A DNA stretch of 64,000 nt from Candidatus Latescibacterota bacterium (GCA_963667175.2 CAXXXF010000016.1:192001-256000), one strand, 5' to 3'; shown: positions 1-9,881, numbered from the stretch's first letter. Translations and numbers: made by a program. Notes: generated from the letters alone by a model not told the origin.

Positions 1-63
1 TATTGATCTGATCTCCGGAATTTGACGCGCGGCGGCCCCGCCAGGGGGCACGGTCTCCCCTAT

Positions 64-93
64 CAGCCCGTTGATAAAGTCCATCCGGACTGC
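64..93. repeat. Partial terminus of miniature inverted-repeat element (family A)
   Basis: CAGCCCGTTGATAAAGTCCATCCGGACTGC matches 60778-60807 at 29/30 nt; abuts the stop codon of the Mo subunit gene. Confidence 0.8.
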
Positions 94-2372
94 TACGATC
101 CGTTTTTATTCCATAGCGCCTTCAGGACGTTGCCGGGCGACATTGGCAAGACGTTCATCCGGACCCCCGCGGCACGGTAGATGGCGTTGGCGAGAGCCGC
201 CGGCGGCGGTACGATAGGCGCTTCTCCCACGCCGCGAACACCGTAGGGATGCCCCGGATTGGGAACTTCAACGATGATGGTTTCAATCATGGGGAGGTCG
301 AGGCACGTAGGCATCCGATAGTCAAGAAGGCTGGCATTCGTCAACTCGCCGTCGTCATTGTACCAGTACTCTTCGTTCAGGCCCCATCCGATGCCCTGGG
401 CCGCGCCGCCCTGCATCTGACCTTCAACGTACGCGGGATGTATGGCCTTGCCCGCATCCTGCACCATGGTGACCCTCAGAACATCCACCTTGCCCGTATC
501 CGGGTCGGTCTCGACGTCGGCGATCATCAGGGAAAACGCGCCGCCCACCCCCTGCGGATCGACGGTCGCACGCCCGACGACGGGCCCGCCGGTCTCATTA
601 AGTTTACCTGCCAATTCTTTGAATGTCAGTGACTTCGAAGGATCGGACCTGGATTTGAACGTGCCGTCGTCGAAGGCCACGTCGTCCGGGGAGATCTCCC
701 AGTATTTCGCGGCGCGCTCGACCATCTGCGCGATGATGTCCTGCGCCGCGTTATAGGCCGCCCATCCCGTCGAGAACGTAACCCGGCTGCCGCCGGTGAC
801 GTCCGTTTCTCCCACACCGTCGGTGTCGGCCACTACCGGGTTGACGTCTTCCGCCGGAATACCCAGCGGCTCGGCGAGCTGCATGGCTACAGACGTTCGC
901 GTGCCCCCGATATCGGTGGATCCCTCGACCAGGCTGACGGTGCCGTCGACGTTTACGGATGCGCAGGCGCTGGACTTGAGCCCCACGTTGAACCAGAAAC
1001 CCGACGCCACTCCCCTGCCCCGGTTCCTGCCCTGCAGCGGCGCCCTGTAGTGGTCGCTTGCCATCGCCGCCTTCAAGACTTCCTCATGGCCGACGCGGGG
1101 AAAGGTTGGCCCGTCCGCGCGTCGCGTGCCTTCCTTTGCCGCGTTCTTCATGCGGAACTCGAGTGGATCCTCGCCCAGCCTTTCGCAGATTTCGTCGACA
1201 ATGGTCTCGGATGCAAAGGCCGCATTGGTGGCGCCAGGCGCCCTGTACGCCATGGTCTGCGGCTTGTTCACGACCACGTTGTACCCGTCTATGGCCACGT
1301 TTTCAATATCGTACGGGGCAAAGATGCACATGGCGCCGGGTTCCGCCCACGCTCCGGCAAATCCACCTGACTCGTAGGCCATGTAGGCTTCGGCAGCCAC
1401 CAGTTTACCCTTGTTTGTGGCGCCCATCTTCACCCGAATGTAGGACCCGGGAGTGGGGCCGGTGGCTTTCAGCACTTCGTCCCGGTCCATGACCATCTTC
1501 ACCGGATGCCCGGACTTTCTGGACAGAATGGCGGCAACGGGCTCCAGGTAAACCCTGATCTTTCCGCCGAATCCCCCGCCGATTTCCGTGGGGATAACCC
1601 GGATATTCACAGGCGAAATTTGCAGCAGGCCCGCCAGCTGCTCGCGTACCGTAAACGAACCCTGGGTGCTGCACCAGACGGTCAGGCGCCCGTCCGGATT
1701 CCAGAGCGCCGTGGCATTCTGCGGCTCGATATAACCCTGGTGCACCGTGTCGGTAAAGAATTCCTTTTCGATGACCACGTCGGCCTTCGCGAAACCCGAT
1801 TCGGTGTCGCCCAGCTTATGCTGAAAGTGGGTGGCGACGTTGCTCGCCGTACCGGTATCTTCGCCCAGCGATTCCGTGGTTAACGTATCATGCAGGAGCG
1901 GCGAACCCGGCTTCATCGCCTCCCGCACGTCCAGCAGCGGATCGAGGACCTCGTATTTCACGTCGATCAGGCAAAGCGCCGTTTCCGCAATATGCGCGCT
2001 CGTCGCGGCCACCGCGGCCACCGCGTGTCCGTCGTAGACCACCTTTCCGTCGGCGAGCACGTTCGCGCGGAGGTCCACCATATTGGCCGCGCCTTCGCCC
2101 AGATCCTCAATTTTCTTTTCCGGTACGGGAATGTCGTTTACGGTGGTTACGGCCTTTACGCCATGCAGAGATTCGGCCTTGCGTGTATCGATGGACACGA
2201 TGCGCGCGTGCGCGTACGGACTTCGCAGTACTTTCCCGTAAATCAGACCGGACATCTGCACGTCGGCTCCATATATCGCCCGCCCGGTGACCTTGTCGAC
2301 GCCATCGTGCCTGATCGGCCGCGTGCCCAGCACTTTATAGTCTTTGATTCCGAGAAAATCCTCGCCTGGCAT
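93..2372 (-). CDS. Xanthine dehydrogenase/CoxL-family molybdopterin-binding large subunit
   Basis: DKVTGRAIY, RSPYAHARI, GGGFGGK, AYRAPG, VEGQMQGGAAQGIG, GVGE motifs; 759 aa. Confidence 0.93.
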   Translation of the reverse strand: MPGEDFLGIKDYKVLGTRPIRHDGVDKVTGRAIYGADVQMSGLIYGKVLRSPYAHARIVSIDTRKAESLHGVKAVTTVNDIPVPEKKIEDLGEGAANMVDLRANVLADGKVVYDGHAVAAVAATSAHIAETALCLIDVKYEVLDPLLDVREAMKPGSPLLHDTLTTESLGEDTGTASNVATHFQHKLGDTESGFAKADVVIEKEFFTDTVHQGYIEPQNATALWNPDGRLTVWCSTQGSFTVREQLAGLLQISPVNIRVIPTEIGGGFGGKIRVYLEPVAAILSRKSGHPVKMVMDRDEVLKATGPTPGSYIRVKMGATNKGKLVAAEAYMAYESGGFAGAWAEPGAMCIFAPYDIENVAIDGYNVVVNKPQTMAYRAPGATNAAFASETIVDEICERLGEDPLEFRMKNAAKEGTRRADGPTFPRVGHEEVLKAAMASDHYRAPLQGRNRGRGVASGFWFNVGLKSSACASVNVDGTVSLVEGSTDIGGTRTSVAMQLAEPLGIPAEDVNPVVADTDGVGETDVTGGSRVTFSTGWAAYNAAQDIIAQMVERAAKYWEISPDDVAFDDGTFKSRSDPSKSLTFKELAGKLNETGGPVVGRATVDPQGVGGAFSLMIADVETDPDTGKVDVLRVTMVQDAGKAIHPAYVEGQMQGGAAQGIGWGLNEEYWYNDDGELTNASLLDYRMPTCLDLPMIETIIVEVPNPGHPYGVRGVGEAPIVPPPAALANAIYRAAGVRMNVLPMSPGNVLKALWNKNGS

Positions 2373-2854
2373 CAGACCGTCTCCTTCATCGTTCGCGCGG
2401 TGTCCATCACCGCCCTTACGATCTTATCGTATCCCGTGCAACGGCATAGATTCCCCGCCAGCCAGAGGCGAATCCGATGTTCGTCGGGTTCCGGCTCGCG
2501 ATCGAGCAACGCCTTTGCCGCCACGATGAACCCGGGCGTGCAGACGCCGCACTGAAGCGCCGCGTGCTCCAGAAATTTCTGCTGCAGCGGATGCAGACCG
2601 GCGGACGTGGCAACCCCTTCTATGGTTGTGATTTCGCACCCCTCGGCCTCGACGCCCAGCGCCAGACAGGAGTTGATCACACGGCCGTCGACAATGACGC
2701 TGCAGGCGCCGCAATTGCCGTTGCCGCATCCCTCTTTGGCGCCGGTGAGGCCCAGGTTGTCTCGCAGCACGTCCAGCAGCGTGTCTCGCGGTTCACAGAG
2801 GAATTCCGTTTCTTCTCCGTTGACGTTCGTCGTCACATGAACTTTGCCAGCCAT
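2372..2854 (-). CDS. (2Fe-2S)-binding small subunit, CoxS/XdhC type
   Basis: GAKEGCGNGNCGAC, QCGVCTPG, GNLCRCTGY. Confidence 0.95.
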   Translation of the reverse strand: MAGKVHVTTNVNGEETEFLCEPRDTLLDVLRDNLGLTGAKEGCGNGNCGACSVIVDGRVINSCLALGVEAEGCEITTIEGVATSAGLHPLQQKFLEHAALQCGVCTPGFIVAAKALLDREPEPDEHRIRLWLAGNLCRCTGYDKIVRAVMDTARTMKETV

Positions 2855-2907
2855 GTTATGCGGACTCCTATATGGGCGTATTATGAGGAGAATCGAGCCA
2901 CCTGGAT

Positions 2908-3777
2908 CTATCCTGCGCGTTCCACCGCGCCGCGGACCGCGCGGCGGGTCAGTACTCCGGCCAGGTGAATCCGTTGTTCAATGGTACCGCGCATATCCGT
3001 GATGGGACGGGCGGATTGCCGGGCGATCTCGGCCGCCTTTTCGATCGTCTCGTCCGACACCTCGTTGCCGGCGAGGGCCTCACCCGCTTCGGGCAGGTAG
3101 AGAGGGACGGGCGCAACGGCGCCCACGGCGATCCGGGCTGACGCAAACGCGTTCTTTTCGGCGTTCAGAGTCACGGAAGCAGCAGCGTTGACAACGGCGA
3201 TATCCATTTCGTTCCGGGGAATGAACCGAAGAAAATACGCCCCCGAGTTGGCAGCCGGCGCGGGAAAGTGGACGGAAACCAGAAACTCGCCGTCCTGCAT
3301 CACGGTCTGCCCCGGCGCCGTGCAGAAGTCCTCCACCGCGACCTCTCGTTCACCGTCCGGTCCAGCGGTCTTCGCCGTAGCCCCGAGAACGATCAGGGTT
3401 GGAATGGTATCCGCCGCGGGCGACGCGTTACACAGGTTCCCGCCGATCGTGGCCCGGCCCTGGATCTGGATGGATCCGATGAGTTCCGTGGAATCCGCGA
3501 GCGCCGGGTAATTCGACGCCACATGTTCGTTTTCGTAGACGTCGCAACACGACACCCCGGCGCCGATCGTCAATCCCTCTTCGGGATCGAACGACAGTTC
3601 GTTTGCCTCGGGTATTTTCTTGACGTCCACCAGCACTTTCACCCGACGTCGACCCTCTTTCAACTGTGCGATGATGTCCGAACCGCCGGCCAGCATCCTG
3701 GCCTCCGAGCCGTTTTCGGAGAGCACGGCAACGGCCTCGGCAACGGTCTGAGGCGCTACGTAATCGAACGCATGCAA
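2908..3777 (-). CDS. FAD-binding medium subunit, CoxM type
   Basis: LAGGSD and ATIGGNLCNASPAAD motifs; first gene of an M-S-L operon. Confidence 0.93.
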   Translation of the reverse strand: MHAFDYVAPQTVAEAVAVLSENGSEARMLAGGSDIIAQLKEGRRRVKVLVDVKKIPEANELSFDPEEGLTIGAGVSCCDVYENEHVASNYPALADSTELIGSIQIQGRATIGGNLCNASPAADTIPTLIVLGATAKTAGPDGEREVAVEDFCTAPGQTVMQDGEFLVSVHFPAPAANSGAYFLRFIPRNEMDIAVVNAAASVTLNAEKNAFASARIAVGAVAPVPLYLPEAGEALAGNEVSDETIEKAAEIARQSARPITDMRGTIEQRIHLAGVLTRRAVRGAVERAG

Positions 3778-3854
3778 GGTTTGCTCCTCCTGTACCGTGT
3801 TGGGGGATCTCCCGGCGCCGGCATTTCACTTTCGATGGGCCGGGAATGCGCGTA

Positions 3855-3883
3855 AGAATAAGATTCAGGGGTCGCAATGTCAA
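3855..3883 (-). promoter_or_regulatory. Sigma70-type promoter of the molybdoenzyme operon
   Basis: TTGACA-17 nt-TATTCT on the minus strand. Confidence 0.6.
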
Positions 3884-3945
3884 GGATTTTCGGGGCGGCT
3901 TGAGCGGCAAAGCCGCGCTGAGAGTCCTCCCCGCGAACCCGGTGA

Positions 3946-5059
3946 TCATCGGCGTGAGTTAACCTGTTCGGAGGCGGGACGAGCTTCCTGGAGGTCCGCG
4001 TCCGGCCCTTGCGCGCGCAGTACGGCGTACCCGTTTCGGAACGCCAGCGTCTCTACGGTCCGAAACGACCGTTTCATCTGTTTCAGGTACATCCCCGGAC
4101 GCGTGGCGACAACCATGAATCGACCGTCCGGTACCAGGTGCCGGGCGGCGCCCTCCGCAAACAGCCTGGCCGTGGCGACACCCTGGTGGGTCGGCGCATT
4201 GCACAGGATAAGGTCGAAGGACGCTCCCGACGCGGCATCGAAACCGTCGCTCAGGGCGACCCCGTGCATTCGCCAGCCCGTTGCGGGCGACGTTCCGTCT
4301 CGCGCACTGAACCGCCAGCAGGTCCGAATCCAGCAGCAGAACCTCGCGCGCCCGTCTCGCGGCCGCGATGCCGATCGCACCGAATCCGCATCCAAGGTCG
4401 AGCACGCGGTCCTGCGCCGTGACGTCGAACGTGTCGATCAGAAACCTCGTGCCGGGATCCAGGCCGTCGCTGGAAAACACGCCTGCGCAGGTTTCAAACA
4501 CGCTCCGTGCGCCGCGGAGCTCGTTTTCGACGAACGAACGCGACGTGTTGACCGGATCCGCGCCGGCCGTGGCGTTTTTCTTCTTGAAACGGTAGATACG
4601 AAGGCCCGATTTCGCGGACAGCTTTTCAGCGCCTCCGAAGACCGCCTCCAGCCGCTTCCGATAGCTCTCCACGCCGGCGTCGCGACGCCCCGCCAGCAGG
4701 AGCCGGCCGTGAATCGCCATTCTCTGAAACGCGGCGTCGATGAGCTGAAATGCTCGCGCCTTGGCCTCCCACCGGGCGGGAGTATATAGAGCCACGTCGA
4801 AACCCGGACCGGGCACGCCCGCGGGCGACGCCTCCAGCCAGGCGCAAGCATTGGACAGCGCCCTGTTGCGGATTGCGTTCTCACATCGTCTGACGGCTTG
4901 GAGATCGGAGCTCACGAAGTGAATCCCGGCCGCGTTCACGTCCAGCGCCACGGGATATCCGGCCACCCCCAGGTCCAGAACACGTTCGTGGGCTTCGACG
5001 GCCGCTGCCGCCAGCAATGCGGAGGCTGCCCGATCCTGTTTGGCTGAACGCCCGATCAC
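3946..5059 (-). pseudogene. RsmC/RlmG-like two-domain SAM methyltransferase, frameshifted near 4260 (or sequencing error)
   Basis: GVFSSDGLDPGTRFL and VLDLGCGFG in one frame; VALSDGFD...FDLILCNAPTH in the 3946..4395 frame; removing one G from the GGGG run at 4260-4263 joins them. Confidence 0.8.
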
Positions 5060-5082
5060 TCGTGCCTCAAGCTTCTCCCGGC

Positions 5083-5303
5083 GCTATGTACGTATTCTGG
5101 AGGTCGCTCGGGAAGTCGCCGCCCGATGGGGAGAGATTTCGGCGGCAGCGGAAAAAGCCGGTCGAATATTGCCGGCTCCAGACGGTCTGCTCGCGGCCAC
5201 CGACCGGACTTCCCTTCTGACGTTCGCGACGCGAAACACGGACGACGTTCGGATAACCGGGGTACCGGTATTCGACCCCTGGGAGGCGCAGTCTCTTCGT
5301 TAA
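5083..5303 (+). pseudogene. C-terminal fragment of a VapC/PIN-domain toxin
   Basis: VAARWGEI...LPAPDGLLAAT...TFATRNTDD...GVPVFDPW; no N-terminal LLDTN half and no antitoxin. Confidence 0.72.
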
Positions 5304-5321
5304 TGCCCTCAAACCGACCGT

Positions 5322-6140
5322 TTATCCGCTACGCTTCAGGCGGCCCGTCCGCTTGGCGTAGACCTCGGCAATGTGAAAGATCCACAATCCCAGTGGGACC
5401 ATAATTACGCCCGAAACCGTCAGTATCATGAGGTCGCCCTGCACGTCGGCGATGGTCGCGTTGTCGAGCAGGGCGGTCCGGATGGATCGGAGGGCATAGG
5501 TCCCGGGCGAGAAGGTCGATAGGGGCCGAAGCCAGTCGGGGAGTACCGACACTTCGTAGTAAACGCCTGAAATCAGCAGCACCAGCGTGCCGAAAATGTC
5601 GGTCGCCCGTGCGCCTTTCTCCGGCGATAGAAGCGGGAACACGGCCGCCATCAGCCCCATTCCCAGGAATGAAAGACTGGCCGTGGCCAGGACCGCTGTC
5701 GCCGTCGTCAGATTCGCGTCGGAAAGGCTCAGATCGAAAAACAACACCGCAGATACGAGGACCACGCCGGACCTTAGAAAACCGTAAATGATCGCATACA
5801 CGCATTGACCGGCAAGGTGCGTCAGCCGGTAGACAGGCGACATGAACGTGTATTCGATCGTCCCTTCCCATCGCTCCCAGGCGACGGCGTCCGCCACTTC
5901 GAAGAAAAGCAGGCGAAGAAAATTCCAGAGCACGGCGCCCACGATCAGAAAGAGCACCGCCTCTCTCACTTTTGCCGGGTCGTCTCCGCCCATGTAAACG
6001 CCGATCAACCCGATGGTCAGCGCATGAACCACGTTCCAGACGACAAAAATCAGCTCCCAGCTTGCATACCGCCTGGCCAGGTTGAAATTTCGCTCGATAA
6101 ACGCTACCGACGCCTTGATCTCGGCGGTCACCGAGTTCAT
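5322..6140 (-). CDS. ABC-2 type exporter permease
   Basis: About six hydrophobic segments; WERWEGTIEY and SGVYY...LPDWL motifs; overlaps the ATPase gene. Confidence 0.9.
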   Translation of the reverse strand: MNSVTAEIKASVAFIERNFNLARRYASWELIFVVWNVVHALTIGLIGVYMGGDDPAKVREAVLFLIVGAVLWNFLRLLFFEVADAVAWERWEGTIEYTFMSPVYRLTHLAGQCVYAIIYGFLRSGVVLVSAVLFFDLSLSDANLTTATAVLATASLSFLGMGLMAAVFPLLSPEKGARATDIFGTLVLLISGVYYEVSVLPDWLRPLSTFSPGTYALRSIRTALLDNATIADVQGDLMILTVSGVIMVPLGLWIFHIAEVYAKRTGRLKRSG

Positions 6141-7033
6141 GATGCATCTCCCTCCGTTTCGTCTTCCAGGTCAGCATGGGCAAGATCCATTCCCGTCATC
6201 TTGAAAAACACGTCCTCCAGACTCCCCCCCACGCATCCGGCGCGGGCTTTCAGTTCGTCGACCGTGCCCATGGCGATGAATTTTCCATGGTGGATGATCG
6301 AGACCCGGTTGCACACCCGTTCCGCTTCGTCCATGTCGTGCGTCGTCAACAGAACCGTCGCTTCATGGCGCTCTCGAATCCCCATTACGTAATCCTGCAC
6401 CTGGCGTTTGGAGACCGGATCCAATCCCGTCGTCGGCTCGTCCATCAGCAGCAAAACGGGTGACGTAAAAAGCGCCCGGGCCACTGCGACCTTCTGCTGC
6501 ATGCCGCGGGACAGGTCCTCCACCGGCTGGTCCACCCTGTCTTCACCAAATCCCATCTCAGCCAGAATCGCCCTGGCCCGGCGCCGCCCCTCACGCACCG
6601 GAACGCCGTACAGACGGGCCGCGTAACTCAGGTTCTCCCACGCAGACAGTTTCTTGAAGAACGCCGCGTCGACGGATACCCGATTGATACAGCGCTTTAC
6701 ACGCATCGCGTCCCGCTCCACGTGCAGCCCGAATACCTGCGCCTCGCCCCTGTCGGGAAAGACCAGAGTCGAGAGGATGCGAATCAGCGTCGACTTACCG
6801 GAGCCGTTCGGACCGAGGATACCGAAGATCTCTCCCCGCTGCACCTCAAACCCGACGCCGTCAACGGCCAGGATTTCCTTCCGGCGACGCCTGAATCTGC
6901 CCAGGAATCCGTTTCCGCCGCGGCTTTCGTTGTCGGGCACACGGAAACCCTTGGTCAAGTCCGTCGCCCTGACAGCAGGCGCGTCAAAATCGATCGCCAC
7001 TGCTGATCTCCCTTTCCTCGCAACGGCCGCCAC
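6137..7033 (-). CDS. ABC transporter ATP-binding protein (DrrA-like)
   Basis: GPNGSGKST, LSRGMQQKV, LLMDEPT, TTHDM. Confidence 0.93.
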   Translation of the reverse strand: MAAVARKGRSAVAIDFDAPAVRATDLTKGFRVPDNESRGGNGFLGRFRRRRKEILAVDGVGFEVQRGEIFGILGPNGSGKSTLIRILSTLVFPDRGEAQVFGLHVERDAMRVKRCINRVSVDAAFFKKLSAWENLSYAARLYGVPVREGRRRARAILAEMGFGEDRVDQPVEDLSRGMQQKVAVARALFTSPVLLLMDEPTTGLDPVSKRQVQDYVMGIRERHEATVLLTTHDMDEAERVCNRVSIIHHGKFIAMGTVDELKARAGCVGGSLEDVFFKMTGMDLAHADLEDETEGDAS

Positions 7034-7124
7034 CGTCTCGATTCGCCAACGCCGGATAGAGCTCGGGTTTTCCGGTCCCGCGGGCGGGCATCAGGGAAGC
7101 AGCAGCCTTCTTGTAATGCAGTCA

Positions 7125-7166
7125 GGAACAAAAACGGATGCGCCTTCGCGCATCCTGTTGTTTTCC
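7125..7166 (-). terminator. Intrinsic terminator upstream of the ABC genes
   Basis: Stem GGATGCGC-4 nt-GCGCATCC (7136-7155) with T-rich tracts on both strands. Confidence 0.75.
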
Positions 7167-7175
7167 GGCCTTACC

Positions 7176-7232
7176 TCACCCGTAACCTCGGAACCACCCC
7201 ACGCCAGCGCGCCGGAACGCTTTCATCAACAA
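7176..7232 (-). CDS. Putative 18-aa leader peptide (M)LMKAFRRAGVGWFRGYG
   Basis: GGAGG 8 nt before TTG (in-frame ATG at 7226); stop 20 nt before the terminator stem. Confidence 0.45.
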   Translation of the reverse strand: MLMKAFRRAGVGWFRGYG

Positions 7233-7269
7233 GGCATTCCCCTCCAGGGCCGGAAACGGGTTTGCGCGT

Positions 7270-7707
7270 TCACCGCCCCTTCTGCCCATCGTAGGAGTTC
7301 CGCTCCGTGACCTCCGTTGATACGGGCAACCCCGAATCCCTCCATCCGGGAACTTCCACCCTCCCCGTTCCGGGGTTCACCTTTCCGCCGAAGCCACCGA
7401 CCACGTTTGCCACGTTCGCGTACCCGGCTTTTTCAAGCATCTCCGCCGCATACTGGGAACGCACGCCCGACTCGCACCCGCAATAGATCCTCGTCTCCCG
7501 AGCCAGCACGCCATCCGCCACGGCCTGAAAATCAGGATTGGGCATCATGCCGCCCGCCGGACTCTGAAAGGCGACCGGAATATTGATGGCGCCTTCGGGG
7601 TGCCCCAGGGCGAATTCCCCTTCGGTCCGAACGTCCAGGTACACCGCATTGGTGTCGGCGTCCAGGGCCGCCTTCGCATCGGAAGGAACAATCTGCTCAA
7701 TTGCCAT
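7270..7707 (-). CDS. Rhodanese-like domain protein
   Basis: YLDVRTEGEFALGHPEGAINIP, CESGVRS, NVVGG. Confidence 0.9.
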   Translation of the reverse strand: MAIEQIVPSDAKAALDADTNAVYLDVRTEGEFALGHPEGAINIPVAFQSPAGGMMPNPDFQAVADGVLARETRIYCGCESGVRSQYAAEMLEKAGYANVANVVGGFGGKVNPGTGRVEVPGWRDSGLPVSTEVTERNSYDGQKGR

Positions 7708-7809
7708 AGACGGAACTTCCCTTCTTGTCATCGCTGCGGTTAAAGGCGGTGAGACGGGAGAGGGTAGACGGTAGAAGACGTGAGTGCCACGTATCCCCGC
7801 AGCCCCTCT

Positions 7810-7921
7810 CCCCGCATTCAGGTTTTCACTCTACCGGCGTCTGAAGTGAGAACACCACACCGTAGCGTGACGGAATGAATGGTCTGGAGATTGGTGAGAC
7901 AACCGGGGACCGAACACGGAA
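7810..7921 (-). ncRNA. Putative structured RNA or 5' leader (rod-like fold)
   Basis: Three nested stems found by eye directly downstream of a sigma70 promoter; family not recognised. Confidence 0.35.
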
Positions 7922-7933
7922 TTCGAGTCATCA

Positions 7934-7962
7934 AATATACGTCGTAACCTTCCGCATCGCAA
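7934..7962 (-). promoter_or_regulatory. Sigma70-type promoter
   Basis: TTGCGA-17 nt-TATATT on the minus strand. Confidence 0.6.
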
Positions 7963-7967
7963 GTCCC

Positions 7968-9881
7968 CTACTGCGAGTTTTCGAAATCCTGAAGACCCAC
8001 CTGACAGACTTCGAACCCGGCGGCATAATACAGCGAGCCGTTGACCACCCTCAGATGTTCGCCCTTGCCGTCGATAAGCCGAATGAATTCAATGGACTCC
8101 GCGCCCACTTCCAATTGACCGATCCCTTCATCGGCAGACGTCCACACAATGCCCGTGGCCGGATTGAGCACCACTTCCCGGCAACCGGCCGGAGCCTGTC
8201 CCAGATCGCGCAGGTTGCCCGTTTGCGCGTTCCACGCGTAGAAGCGACTCCTCTGAAGCGCGAGCACCTCCCCGGTAGGCAGGACGACCATGACCCTGGC
8301 GGCGCCCTCGCCTTCCTGAATCGCCCGTGAACGGTCGACCGCAAGCCGATCCATGTCAAACGATACCAGCATGGCCGTGGTTTGCGTTGGCGGCGCCGAG
8401 TTCGCATCGGCGAAGATCTCGGTTCCGCAGTAGATCCGGCGGCGTTTCGAATCCACCAGCAGGGAGTTCACCTTCTGGTCCTCGACGATATGCCGCCAGA
8501 CCCGGATTTCGCCGGTCTCCGGATCGATCCGGCTGAGCGCGCCGCCGAGGTGCCCGTATTCCGGACTGGTGGACATCCAGACGTACCGTCCGTCGTGAAG
8601 CAGCCCCGTGGGCCTCATCTGCCCTTCGCGCTGCGCGCTGGCCAGCACTCGCGGGTTGTCCGGCCAGTCCGGTTGCGCCGTCGGATCGAATGCCGTTACC
8701 GCGGACGTCGTATAGCTGCTTTGCAGCACGTGCTGTGTGATCGGCTCCCAGATGATCTGGTTGATCTGCCCCCCGCCCGGCGCCGCGCGTCCGCAGTCCC
8801 TCCCTTTTCCTGTTTCCGTGTCAATCATCCAGAACCGCTGGTTGATAAACGGCGCCCCGACGATCATCTTCCGATCCGGTACAGGGCATAGCGCGTGCGC
8901 GGCCATGGGACCGGTGGATTCCAGGTCTATACTGTCCGTCCGCCCCGTTACCACGTCGAATTTGAGCGCAAGGCCGGAGATGGTCACGCCGCACACGGCG
9001 GTCTCTCCCCAGGGATGCAGGGTTGCGGGTCCGCCGTCCGACCAGTCCGGCCCCGCCACGTCCCATTTTTCCGCTTTGCGGTCGAGAACGTAGAGGCTGC
9101 CGTCGGCAGAGCTGTACGCATAAAGACGGCCGCCGGCAACACAGGCCTTTCCACCCAGCCCCCCCTGCTCGGGACGCCCAATACGCTGATTCAGTTCGAA
9201 GCCCGGATACGCCATGAAGTGTAATTCGCCCCTGACAAACGCTGCAAGCGTCTCTTTGTCCCAGAAAAAGGCGTCGGTCGTGGAACCCACGCCCCGGATG
9301 TTTTCAGGCGTGTGGGACTCCGCGGACATGGTTTCCAGGTTCAGCAGGACCAGCCGCGCCTGCGGTACATTGATGGCGAGAAGGACACGCCCGTCCGGCG
9401 CCTCCACGACGTTGTGACCGTAGAGCGCCGTCGGGTATTCCGTATCTATCGGGCGAAAGACCTTGACCAGCCGCGACTCCCGCCAGTCGTACACGCCGAC
9501 GTGCCCCGGCGACGCTTCCCACACCGCGTACCGGTCCGTCACACAGCCGCCCCATGTAATGGACGTCAATTCGCCGGTTACCAGGATTTCAAAACCATCG
9601 GCAACCGGATCGTACCGGACCAGGTCTCCATTGCCGCAGCCGAGGTAGAGGCAGCCGTCGGCCGCGGTTCTCAACATGTAGGCTCCCGGGATGCCTGCCG
9701 GGAGCTCCCGCATCCCCCTGGATCCGGTGTCCGGATTCCAGAAGTAGATACGACCGCCCGAGCTTCCGCCCCAGACGCTGCTCACAAGATGGTCGTCACC
9801 GAGAAACCGGACCTTTGCCACCTCGGCGTTGATGAACGGCAGACGGCTGTGAGGAATGGGATAGCGTTTCATGGTAGCCAT
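7968..9881 (-). CDS. Hypothetical beta-propeller repeat protein
   Basis: Recurring short beta-strand/DPxTG motifs (WNPDTG, IDTETG, IDPETG); RBS GGAGGG; no signal peptide. Confidence 0.7.
   Translation of the reverse strand: MATMKRYPIPHSRLPFINAEVAKVRFLGDDHLVSSVWGGSSGGRIYFWNPDTGSRGMRELPAGIPGAYMLRTAADGCLYLGCGNGDLVRYDPVADGFEILVTGELTSITWGGCVTDRYAVWEASPGHVGVYDWRESRLVKVFRPIDTEYPTALYGHNVVEAPDGRVLLAINVPQARLVLLNLETMSAESHTPENIRGVGSTTDAFFWDKETLAAFVRGELHFMAYPGFELNQRIGRPEQGGLGGKACVAGGRLYAYSSADGSLYVLDRKAEKWDVAGPDWSDGGPATLHPWGETAVCGVTISGLALKFDVVTGRTDSIDLESTGPMAAHALCPVPDRKMIVGAPFINQRFWMIDTETGKGRDCGRAAPGGGQINQIIWEPITQHVLQSSYTTSAVTAFDPTAQPDWPDNPRVLASAQREGQMRPTGLLHDGRYVWMSTSPEYGHLGGALSRIDPETGEIRVWRHIVEDQKVNSLLVDSKRRRIYCGTEIFADANSAPPTQTTAMLVSFDMDRLAVDRSRAIQEGEGAARVMVVLPTGEVLALQRSRFYAWNAQTGNLRDLGQAPAGCREVVLNPATGIVWTSADEGIGQLEVGAESIEFIRLIDGKGEHLRVVNGSLYYAAGFEVCQVGLQDFENSQ

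Noticed and set aside
93-3777. Aerobic CO dehydrogenase (coxMSL)
   Set aside because: Active-site loop is AYRAPG, not AYxCSFR (form I) or AYRGAGR (form II); substrate unknown
7075-7110. SRP RNA suggested by TCAGGGAAGCAGC
   Set aside because: Lacks the CAGG-stem-GNRA-stem-AGCAG geometry and the long flanking helix
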